NCBI GenBank assembly: GCA_963664815.2
Contig: CAXXHB010000003.1
Location: 2,688,001 to 2,752,000 of the forward strand
Length of the DNA stretch: 64,000 bases
Direction: 5' to 3'
Source: Spirochaetota bacterium
GTDB taxonomy: Bacteria > Spirochaetota > UBA4802 > UBA5550
The stretch's first letter is position 1. The number at the start of each line of letters is the position of its first letter. Shown in pieces: positions 41,512 to 50,261 of this stretch. A model generated the notes under the pieces. It had not been told where the DNA came from, ran no database searches, and worked only from the letters and a program-made list of their open reading frames with translations. The position numbers and the translations under genes were made by a program.

Positions 41512-42123
41512 TTAATACTTATGACAATTCTGATTCTGCAGCTCCTGCTTAATGTGTACCAGTTCCAGGGTTATATTGTTAAGCTTTTTTGTAATTTCCT
41601 CATGTCGAATTATCTCCGGTGTCGGCTCCCTGCTGATGAAAGATATTACGCCGTCAGGGTCAAGTATTGCCTCATCAACCTCCGATAATGCCGCAATACC
41701 CTGTTTATGAGCCGCTTCAACAAGTTCCTCAATAGTAATCAGCTCTTTTTTCAGACTATCCGTCTGAATTTTACCATTAACAATAAGCTTATCAGGTTCC
41801 CCTTCAAACAGGCGCTGAAGCCATTTATTATTATAGATCATTTTTATAACAAAATAGTTCAGAAGCAACAGTGTTGCACCGCCGATCATCCCTCCAGACA
41901 ACGAATTATCATTCCCTATTATTGCGTTCTGTACCGCATTCGTAAGGGAGAATAGCACCACCATATCGAAGGGATTCAACTGAGCCATTTCTCTTTTCCC
42001 GGCAAGCCTTAATCCCAGAATAAGCATGAAATATACTGCCGCAGGTCTTAATATTTTTTCAGCAATCCCGATCCCTGGAATTAACATGTCATGAAAATTA
42101 ATTCCGTATAAAATACCGTTCAT
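41512..42123 (-). CDS. DUF421/YetF family membrane protein
   Basis: RLAGKREMAQLNPFD, EG.P..LI.NG, AILDPDGVIS. Confidence 0.9.
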   Translation of the reverse strand: MNGILYGINFHDMLIPGIGIAEKILRPAAVYFMLILGLRLAGKREMAQLNPFDMVVLFSLTNAVQNAIIGNDNSLSGGMIGGATLLLLNYFVIKMIYNNKWLQRLFEGEPDKLIVNGKIQTDSLKKELITIEELVEAAHKQGIAALSEVDEAILDPDGVISFISREPTPEIIRHEEITKKLNNITLELVHIKQELQNQNCHKY

Positions 42124-42452
42124 TTTTTAAACCTCTCATAGTGATTTTTCTGATTTTCTGAATTTAACAATACACGACTTTCAATGTTAATTTCTTTTCA
42201 TACATTTTATTTTAAAATAGACAATTTTATCTCCCCTTCATTGTATGCGGCGGAGAGAATAGAGTATTATCTATTATGCAATGTTCAGGAATTACAATTG
42301 ATTTTATGACCGTTTTAATATCAGTAAAACAATTTTTGCAACATTTATGCCCGGTTTCAGACTAATATAGTAATATTTCTTGCTTAAGACTATATATTAA
42401 TGTCAGATTGTAATTAAGATCAATAATAATTCTTTAGCATATTTTTTATTTC

Positions 42453-42514
42453 AATATATATGCTAAGATATCGCCCCGCCTTTAAAGGCGGGGCGATATC
42501 TTAGCATATATATT
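42453..42514. repeat. Perfect 62-bp palindrome with no spacer
   Basis: AATATATATGCTAAGATATCGCCCCGCCTTT|AAAGGCGGGGCGATATCTTAGCATATATATT; 31-bp arms checked base by base. Confidence 0.97.
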
Positions 42515-42542
42515 CATACTTATTTTACCGGAGGCTGATTCG

Positions 42543-44387
42543 ATGAAAACTGCAGTTCCGTGGAAAAGAGAATATTCAATTTTCGGAATACCGGAAACTT
42601 TTGAGCCTTACTCCGATGAACCTGTACATTCAATGCTTTACAACGCTGCTGAAAAATATCCCGACATGGGACTTATATGCAACGGGTACAGTCTCAGCTA
42701 TCCTGATGTTAAAAACCAGTCCCAGCGGCTTGCGCAGGCACTACTCAGCCTGGGACTGGTGAAAGGCGACCGTGTTGCCACGATGCTTCCCACATCAATA
42801 CAGTTTGTAGTTGCTGATTACGCCATCTCTATTGCAGGACTTGTTCATGTCCCTGTGAGTTTTCTTGATTCAGCCGAAATGCTTTCCGACAAGATCAGCA
42901 CATCCGGTCCGGGAGTATTGATATGCATCACCGGAAACATCGGAACAGCCATAAAGGCAGTAAGTAATAATGAAAATACATGTATAATCGTTACGGATAT
43001 GAATGATTATTCTGATGCACCTCAAACCGATATATCAGTTCCAGTTAATTGTCTGCTGATGCGCGACCTGATAAAAAACACGGAGCCATTAAGCGTACCA
43101 GCAGCATTTGACGTAACACTCGATGTTGAGACCCTCCTTTTTACAGGTGGGACTACAGGGGTTGCAAAAGGGTGTCTGCTCACTCACAGAAATGTATACG
43201 CAAATGCGCTTCAGAACAGTTACGCCGTGGGACAGCTTGAACAGTCGGCAAAAGGCTCCCTTTCAGTACTTATGGGAATACCTTTTTTCCACTCATACGG
43301 GCATGTTCTCATGCACTCCATGACGCTGCTGGGATTCAATCAGATACTTATCCCTGACCCGCGCGATTCAGCATCAATGATTGATGCAATAAAAAAATAC
43401 AGGCCTGTTGTTCATGTCGGTGTACCCACACAGTTTATGAAAATTGCCGGAGAAAAGCTCGGGAAAGGATTCAACATGCTTGCATTATCCGGTTCTGCGG
43501 CGCTTCCGCCAAACCTTGTCAGGGAATACGAGGAGCAGTGCGGCGGTAATATTATGGAAGGATACGGCCTTTCCGAGATGACAGCGGTTACTCACCTGAA
43601 CACAACTGTCCTTACAAGGCTCCTGGGTGGACGAAATGCCTACCATATTATGAATATAATCCTCGGAAGGCCGGTCGTCAACAGAACCGTCAACAGAATA
43701 TTCCGCTCTCTGGGGAGCATAAAGCTGGGAAAGGTTATGAACGTTATAAATATTATAATACGCGGTTCATTCGGATCAAGTAAACTTCGCAGATCAACTG
43801 AAAAACACGGATCAATCGGCATTCCGCACCCTGATACACTTGTCTGTCTTCGCGACATTGACACGGATTCAATAATCTCTTGGGATGAAGCCCTTAATGG
43901 ACGAACCGGCGAACTTTGCCTTTCAGGGCCGCAGCGGATGCTCGGGTACTGGCCAGAACCAGGGAGCGGACTTGACAGGTACGGGTATATACGCACAGGT
44001 GACATTGTACGAATTGACGAAAAGGGATATTTTTATATTGTAGACAGGGTCAAGGATATGATAAACGTCTCCGGCTACAAAGTCTACTCCAGGGAGATTG
44101 ATGACATCCTTATCACTCACCCGGCAATAGACAACGCTGCAGCGGTCGGGATCCCCGACCCGCAGAGAGAGGGGAGTGAACGCGTTGTAGTATACATACA
44201 GCTTAAGCCTGAATTCGAGGAGAGTATGACCGCCGATGAGATACGGGAATATCTTGCCTCAAAGGTAGCCCGTTATGCCGTTCCGAGGGGAGTAAAAATC
44301 GTTAAAGATCTCCCCCTTACCGGTATACAGAAAGTCGACAAGAAGCTGCTACGCCAGCAGGCCCTTACCGATTTTGCAGGTATATAA
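42543..44387 (+). CDS. AMP-dependent acyl-CoA synthetase (long-chain fatty acid-CoA ligase family)
   Basis: FTGGTTGVAKG, EGYGLSE, RTGD, IVDRVKDMI, QKVDK. Confidence 0.92.
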   Translation: MKTAVPWKREYSIFGIPETFEPYSDEPVHSMLYNAAEKYPDMGLICNGYSLSYPDVKNQSQRLAQALLSLGLVKGDRVATMLPTSIQFVVADYAISIAGLVHVPVSFLDSAEMLSDKISTSGPGVLICITGNIGTAIKAVSNNENTCIIVTDMNDYSDAPQTDISVPVNCLLMRDLIKNTEPLSVPAAFDVTLDVETLLFTGGTTGVAKGCLLTHRNVYANALQNSYAVGQLEQSAKGSLSVLMGIPFFHSYGHVLMHSMTLLGFNQILIPDPRDSASMIDAIKKYRPVVHVGVPTQFMKIAGEKLGKGFNMLALSGSAALPPNLVREYEEQCGGNIMEGYGLSEMTAVTHLNTTVLTRLLGGRNAYHIMNIILGRPVVNRTVNRIFRSLGSIKLGKVMNVINIIIRGSFGSSKLRRSTEKHGSIGIPHPDTLVCLRDIDTDSIISWDEALNGRTGELCLSGPQRMLGYWPEPGSGLDRYGYIRTGDIVRIDEKGYFYIVDRVKDMINVSGYKVYSREIDDILITHPAIDNAAAVGIPDPQREGSERVVVYIQLKPEFEESMTADEIREYLASKVARYAVPRGVKIVKDLPLTGIQKVDKKLLRQQALTDFAGI

Positions 44388-44415
44388 GCGGGGAGAGATT
44401 GGGATCTCCCCCCGC
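44388..44415. terminator. GC-rich hairpin between convergent genes
   Basis: GCGGGGAGAGAT-TGGG-ATCTCCCCCCGC (12-bp stem, one mismatch). Confidence 0.6.
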
Positions 44416-44425
44416 GTTCAGTAAT

Positions 44426-45793
44426 TTAATTTCTGATAATTGTAAAAGGATCAACCGGCTTGCCGTTTACATGTATTTCAAAATGAAGATGAGGTCCTGT
44501 TGAAATTCCGCTGTTTCCTGCTGCTGCAATCCTGTCACCCTGCCGTACTGTATCCCCCTCTTTAACATATATTTCTTTAAGGTGAGTATAGATTGTTTTT
44601 ATCCCATCGCCATGTTCGATTGCAAGCATATGTCCAGTCTGTTCATTATAATCAACACTTATTATTTTACCTGCAGCAGGAGAAATAACAGGTGTGCCGG
44701 CGGGGGCTGCAAGATCAATTCCCTGGTGGTTATACACTTCCCCTGTTACAGGATGTTTGGTGATGCCGAATTTCATTGTTACTCTGCCCGATGACATAGG
44801 ATTAATCATAATACCGGTCAGTCCGTTTAACGTGACATCTTTCCCCTTGACACCGGGTGCAAAATTAATCATTATAAGAATAAATACCACTGCAAAAATA
44901 GTCCTCTGGACATGTTTTGTCTTTAAAGATAACGGCTTCTGAAACAGTTTTTCAAGTCTCATTTTTATTCTCCTTTTGTCTGATTTAAAAAGAGAGGGAG
45001 CAGCATATCCTGCCGTCCTTCCTGTGCTGATGAAATTTACAATAGTCCCGCCGAATACTGCCGGCGTTACACCGGTTATTTTCAGCGCATATAAATCTGT
45101 TTCAATCTCCTCCCTGTTCAGTATTTCATTTTTGATAATTCTTACGAAGGGGGAGAAGTAAAAAAGCGTAGCTGCAGACTCAAGAACCAGGTATTTGATA
45201 AAATCTTTTCGCTTAATGTGAATCAGCTCATGAGCCAGTATTATTTTTTTCTCATTATAATTTAGTGACCTGAACGAATCCGGCAGAATAATAACAGGTT
45301 CCCTGTTATTCCAGATAAATGGGGATGAGATTCTGCCGGAAACTTTTAAAACAATTTCTTTCCGGATACCGATATTCCGCATCAATCCTGCCATGAGTTC
45401 TCTGTCCCCTGTTTCATTATATACCGATCCTGCCTTGACAACTTCATCCAGATATAAAAGCTTTCTCAGGAACAGAATCAGCATTATTAAAAATAAAATC
45501 AGCCATATTAGCAAAACAAACCGGTCACCGGCAGGCGGCGTACTGAATGCTGCTGCTTTCCTCCCCGTCTCCACAAACGGAATATCAAAAGAGTATCCCT
45601 GTATAGCCATGTTATCAGGTAATATATCACTGTATAATCTGAACAAGCCCCATGGTAAAAAAGACTTCAGAAGAGCCATATATAAAACAAGAAGCTGAAA
45701 CCGGTTTGATACAGCCTTAATCTCTGATATTAAAAATATTAAAGGCAGCAGTATTAATGTCAGTACCAGGTGTGTAACAATGTATTCTGTCAT
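44426..45793 (-). CDS. BlaR1-type M56 peptidase fused to an M23 peptidase
   Basis: HELIHIKRKD (HExxH) and E...D of M56; HQGIDLAA, YTHL, STGPHLHFE of M23. Confidence 0.92.
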   Translation of the reverse strand: MTEYIVTHLVLTLILLPLIFLISEIKAVSNRFQLLVLYMALLKSFLPWGLFRLYSDILPDNMAIQGYSFDIPFVETGRKAAAFSTPPAGDRFVLLIWLILFLIMLILFLRKLLYLDEVVKAGSVYNETGDRELMAGLMRNIGIRKEIVLKVSGRISSPFIWNNREPVIILPDSFRSLNYNEKKIILAHELIHIKRKDFIKYLVLESAATLFYFSPFVRIIKNEILNREEIETDLYALKITGVTPAVFGGTIVNFISTGRTAGYAAPSLFKSDKRRIKMRLEKLFQKPLSLKTKHVQRTIFAVVFILIMINFAPGVKGKDVTLNGLTGIMINPMSSGRVTMKFGITKHPVTGEVYNHQGIDLAAPAGTPVISPAAGKIISVDYNEQTGHMLAIEHGDGIKTIYTHLKEIYVKEGDTVRQGDRIAAAGNSGISTGPHLHFEIHVNGKPVDPFTIIRN

Positions 45794-46161
45794 CTTTCTG
45801 ATTCCATTGATTTTAATACCTCTTTAAGCTCCCGGATCTCCTCCTGTGAAAGGACATTGCTTTTGATGAACAGAGGCAATACCTCCAGCGCATTGCGTTC
45901 AAGAATTTTATCAGCAAAGTGCGAAATCTGCACAGCAAAGGCCCTGATCTTTGATATTCTTGCACTGTAGAGATTTATTCCGTGAAAATTTTCTTTATCA
46001 AGATAGTCTTTTTTAACCATCCGGTCAATTACTGTACGTGTTGTCGAGTAGGCCCACCCGGTTTCTGCAGCCGTTTTTTCATGAATCTCCTTGCTTGACA
46101 GGTGTTTCTCCCTCCACAACAGTTTTAAAATCTCAAACTCGGTTGATATAAATGTTTCCAT
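45790..46161 (-). CDS. BlaI/MecI/CopY family repressor
   Basis: EFEILKLLW and WAYSTTRTVIDRMVKK; ATGA overlap with the M56 gene. Confidence 0.92.
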   Translation of the reverse strand: METFISTEFEILKLLWREKHLSSKEIHEKTAAETGWAYSTTRTVIDRMVKKDYLDKENFHGINLYSARISKIRAFAVQISHFADKILERNALEVLPLFIKSNVLSQEEIRELKEVLKSMESER

Positions 46162-46173
46162 TAAATTATCCTC

Positions 46174-46209
46174 ATAGCTGATATGTTACATTTGTAACAT
46201 ATCAGCTAT
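46174..46209. promoter_or_regulatory. BlaI-type operator overlapping the blaI-like promoter
   Basis: ATAGCTGATATGTTACA-TT-TGTAACATATCAGCTAT: 17-bp arms around the TACA-NN-TGTA core; TTGACA on the minus strand at 46213-46218. Confidence 0.85.
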
Positions 46210-46431
46210 CTTTGTCAATCATTATTTTAATATTTCCGTGAAAAACATCACAGCTTATTTACGTCATTCTTTCCGCTGCTGCCGGATTTTTCAGTTTCAG
46301 CCGACGTATTTTTTTTCAAAAAAATTTCACAGCATGATATTTTTATTGATTTATTTAACGGATCCGGAACATGTTAGAGTATTGCAGTCTGTATTTATAC
46401 ATCCATATGCATAAATACTGTAGTTATAAAG

Positions 46432-47961
46432 ATGAAGATAATAAATGATATTTTACAGCGGCTCATCGGCATATGTAAGAACATAAATATTTCATATCTT
46501 ACATCCGATGTATCATCTGAAAAATATACCGTATACCTCCGCGGCAACCTGCTTTCATTTGTCGGTTACTCCATAGCCACTCTTGAAACATTCATGGGAA
46601 TATATCTGGGTTTAACAGATCTAACCTACAAAAAGACTTTATCAATAACTATACCAATCTTAATCCTCTATTCAGTTATTACCGCCATTACATATTTTAA
46701 AAGAGACCTCAAGGTATGGCACGAGTTGTTATTCTTCTTCATATATCTTTTTTCATTCCTGTTTGCCTTCTGTGCATGGATATATGGCCTCGGAAATTTA
46801 AGATTTCTGGGAATTCTCAATGCAGTATGCGCTGTTACAGTTGTTATGGCATACACCAATACGGCCCAGTCACTTCTGCTGTCAATTTCAACATTACTCT
46901 GTTATTTCGCGGTAATGTTTTATTCAATACATTTTGAGGGTCAGATTGCCCCATATTTAAAAGAGGCTTTTCTTACATTCTGCCTTCTTCCGGTTTTTCT
47001 GCTTATCGCATCAGCGTCCGATTACCTCAATAAAAAAAGCAATGCTCTTGTACTGGTAAAAAATGACCTTCAGAAACTCAACGATGAACTGACTGATGCA
47101 AATAATAAGTTAAAGGTCGAAAAGGCAGTTACTGAAAAGGTAAAAAACGATCTGCAGATACTCAACCATGAACTGACTGATGTAAATAACAAACTGAAAT
47201 ATGAACAGGCTATTACTGAAATAGAAATGGATCTCGCAAGTGAAATACAAAAGGCTATATTCTTAAGCAACGCCCCGGCTACTGCCGACTGGGATATCGC
47301 TTTCAGCACCAGGCCTTACGGAGCTGTCTCAGGTGATTTTTATGATTTTTACAGCCGGGATAATACTCTGCAGGGAATAGCTCTGTTTGATGTTTCAGGT
47401 CATGGGGTGGCCCCTGCCCTGATTACCATCCTGGCCAAACCGTTATTATATTCTCATTTTACCAGGTGCGGAGCTTCACAACTCGGTTGTGTAATAGAAT
47501 CTGTTAATGAGGAAATAACCGGAGAGCTTGAACAGGTTAATCTCTATATAACCGGGATACTTCTCCGTATGAAAGGTTCTGAGGTTGAATATGTAAATGC
47601 AGGTCATCCGGATCTTCTGTATTTCCAACCCTCTTCAAGAGATGTCAGAGTTATGGAAGACAGATCCAATTCATACAAGGGGCATCCTGTTGGAATATCA
47701 TTCTCAGATAATACATATAAATCGCTTAAATTTACGGTTCAAACGGGGGATTTCATTATACTGTACAGTGACGGGTTGATTGAATTAAAAAACAACGCAG
47801 GTGAACAGTTTGGAATTACACGCCTTACTGATGTGGTTTCGTCTTTTACCGGATACGATGCTGTAGATCTTTTAAATCACATACTGGAATCTTCAGGTAA
47901 TTTTGCGGGAGAGACAAAAGCCTCTGATGATATTACCATAATTGTTGCAGTGAAAATCTGA
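46432..47961 (+). CDS. Membrane-bound PP2C/SpoIIE (RsbU-like) phosphatase
   Basis: TM N-half, coiled coil, VSGDFYD, DVSGHGV, NAGHP, YSDGLIE, DDIT. Confidence 0.92.
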   Translation: MKIINDILQRLIGICKNINISYLTSDVSSEKYTVYLRGNLLSFVGYSIATLETFMGIYLGLTDLTYKKTLSITIPILILYSVITAITYFKRDLKVWHELLFFFIYLFSFLFAFCAWIYGLGNLRFLGILNAVCAVTVVMAYTNTAQSLLLSISTLLCYFAVMFYSIHFEGQIAPYLKEAFLTFCLLPVFLLIASASDYLNKKSNALVLVKNDLQKLNDELTDANNKLKVEKAVTEKVKNDLQILNHELTDVNNKLKYEQAITEIEMDLASEIQKAIFLSNAPATADWDIAFSTRPYGAVSGDFYDFYSRDNTLQGIALFDVSGHGVAPALITILAKPLLYSHFTRCGASQLGCVIESVNEEITGELEQVNLYITGILLRMKGSEVEYVNAGHPDLLYFQPSSRDVRVMEDRSNSYKGHPVGISFSDNTYKSLKFTVQTGDFIILYSDGLIELKNNAGEQFGITRLTDVVSSFTGYDAVDLLNHILESSGNFAGETKASDDITIIVAVKI

Positions 47962-47973
47962 AAGATACAGTTC

Positions 47974-48043
47974 GTTTCGACTACGCTCAACGAGCGGTGT
48001 GTGCATAGACACTTTTGTTTCGACTCCGCTCAACAAACGGTGT
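47974..48043 (+). repeat. Two degenerate copies of the 43-bp REP-like unit
   Basis: GTTTCGACTACGCTCAACGAGCGGTG at 47974 and GTTTCGACTCCGCTCAACAAACGGTG at 48017, 43 bp apart. Confidence 0.9.
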
Positions 48044-48455
48044 TTAAAGTAACATTTTTATTTCTTAATTTAAAATCCCATGACCTTCAACGGCAGGTAT
48101 ATAAATAATTATTCTGTTCTTATACATAATACATATTCACAATTAATTACTTATTTATTCTACATAAAACAAAAATATTTCTTGCAATATATATTTTTTT
48201 ATCTATTAATACGTATAATTACTTAATTTATCAACCTTGAAAAACAGAGTATGCTGGTAACCTGGCATCGGTTGATAATTTCATTAAACGATCCTGCAGA
48301 AGCATGGTATAAGGCTATGCGCCTGCTGTCCGGGAAAATCCGTTTAAGCAGAAACTGCATTATTTATTAAAAAACAGAGCGTTGAAATTCTATACCGGGT
48401 TCTCTTTTCAGGGAAACCGGCAGGAATAAAATTCAAGGGGAGGCAAAAAAACATT

Positions 48456-50144
48456 ATGGAATTAACACATGAAATTATGGAACGCCGCTTCTGGTTAAAA
48501 AGCTACGATAACACCACCAGGCCGGTTTTACACTATCCGAAATTCCCTGCACATGAGGTACTGCATACGGTCGCCACAACAAATCCTGACAAGCCGGCTA
48601 CCGATTTTTACGGGACGGTCATTACCTACTGGGATCTATACCTTTATTCCACGCGGTTTGCGAATGGTCTCATCAAAGCTGGAATAAAAAAGGGTGACCG
48701 CGTAGGCATCCTGCTCCCGAACTGCCCTCAGATGGTTATTGCCTTCTGGGCCATACTGCAGACAGGGGGAATAATTGTTAACCTCAATCCAATGTACAAA
48801 CCGGAGGAGTTAAAGGGGATGTTTGAGAAAACCGGTATTACCGCCCTGATTACCTTCGACGGAGCACTCGGCAATGTGCGCGAGCTGTGTAAAATGGTAA
48901 ATATTCCCTTTGTCATGGCAACCAGAATAACAGACTTCATTAATGGAATGAAGGTAAGTACCCCTGAAGATATCGGATTGCCCGCAGGGTGGCATCATTT
49001 TTCACAATTTCTTGATCAGAGTGTAAATGAATGTCCCCCTTCGATCGCCATAAATACAGAAGAGGATGCCGCGATATTACAGTTTACCGGGGGAACAACG
49101 GGTACCCCCAAAGCCGCTACTCTGACTCACCGCAACCTTATAGCGGCTCTGTATACCGGAAGTGAATGGGGCAGATCAATCAGCGATTATATTTCAATTG
49201 AGCGCCGGGCTATAATGGGGGTACTCCCCTGTTTCCACGTTTTCGGCGAAGTCTGCGGAATTGCCATGTCGGCAATGACCGTATCAACCCTTATTCTCCT
49301 CCCCCGTTTTGATCTTGATGAATTTATGAATACTATGAAACGTATCCCGCATATATGGTTTTTCCCCACTGTGGCAACAATGCTGCAGGCCATCATTAAT
49401 CATCCGGGAGCCATGCAGATAAACCTTGCTAAAAAGCTGGCAATAATTAATGCCGGTGCAGCCCCCTGCTCGGAGAACCTTCTGCAAAAGGCCCGCGAAA
49501 TGGGACTTGTCATTTCCCAGGGATGGGGTATGAGTGAAACCACATCTGTCGGCGTAACCACTCCGTTTTTCGGAGTTAAAAAACCTTTCAGCATAGGACT
49601 CCCCTATCCCGACTCTGATATAAAAATTATCGACGTCGAAACCGGTCAGGAGGTGCCTCGCGGAACGCCGGGCGAAATACTGGTAAAATCTCCAATGGTT
49701 ATGAAGGAATACTGGAACGATCCGGAAGAAACGGCTAAACAGCTTCAGGACGGATGGCTGCATACCGGTGACGTCGCCTATATGGATGAAGACGGGTATC
49801 TTTTCATAGTTGACCGCACCAAGGATCTTATCATTGCCGGCGGATTCAATATATATCCGCAGGAAATTGACAATACATTGATGAAACACTCCGCGGTCGC
49901 CGACTCGATGACTATCGGAATTCCCGATGAATACCGGGGAGAAACAGTTAAATCCTTTGTCCAGCTTGCTGCAGGGTCAGCTGCCGGTGAAGCCGAATTA
50001 ATTGCTTACTGCCGTGAGCACCTGGCTGCCTACAAGGTACCGCGGAGCATTGAGATAAGAAAGGAACTCCCCAGATCACCCGTAGGAAAGGCTTTGAAAA
50101 GGATTCTCAGGGATGAGGAGATAGCTAAAATGCAGAAGAAATAG
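48456..50144 (+). CDS. Long-chain fatty acid-CoA ligase (FadD family)
   Basis: QFTGGTTGTPK, GWGMSET, WLHTGD, IVDRTKDLII, LAAYKVP, GKAL. Confidence 0.94.
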   Translation: MELTHEIMERRFWLKSYDNTTRPVLHYPKFPAHEVLHTVATTNPDKPATDFYGTVITYWDLYLYSTRFANGLIKAGIKKGDRVGILLPNCPQMVIAFWAILQTGGIIVNLNPMYKPEELKGMFEKTGITALITFDGALGNVRELCKMVNIPFVMATRITDFINGMKVSTPEDIGLPAGWHHFSQFLDQSVNECPPSIAINTEEDAAILQFTGGTTGTPKAATLTHRNLIAALYTGSEWGRSISDYISIERRAIMGVLPCFHVFGEVCGIAMSAMTVSTLILLPRFDLDEFMNTMKRIPHIWFFPTVATMLQAIINHPGAMQINLAKKLAIINAGAAPCSENLLQKAREMGLVISQGWGMSETTSVGVTTPFFGVKKPFSIGLPYPDSDIKIIDVETGQEVPRGTPGEILVKSPMVMKEYWNDPEETAKQLQDGWLHTGDVAYMDEDGYLFIVDRTKDLIIAGGFNIYPQEIDNTLMKHSAVADSMTIGIPDEYRGETVKSFVQLAAGSAAGEAELIAYCREHLAAYKVPRSIEIRKELPRSPVGKALKRILRDEEIAKMQKK

Positions 50145-50163
50145 CCTGACCGCTGCATAAATG

Positions 50164-50210
50164 AAGCTCTATTCTCACCGCTTTCTGCAACGGGGAGAAT
50201 AGAGCTTTTT
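50164..50210 (+). terminator. Intrinsic terminator
   Basis: AAGCTCTATTCTC...GAGAATAGAGCTT followed by a T-run, just after the ligase stop. Confidence 0.75.
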
Positions 50211-50261
50211 ATAATAGAACATTTTCTATTATAAAAATTCAGAAATTATTATTGGTATTTT

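Noticed and set aside
48237-48445. Riboswitch in the long leader of the second acyl-CoA ligase
   Set aside because: Only a modest hairpin near 48395-48420; no recognisable riboswitch consensus by eye (an Rfam scan would settle it).
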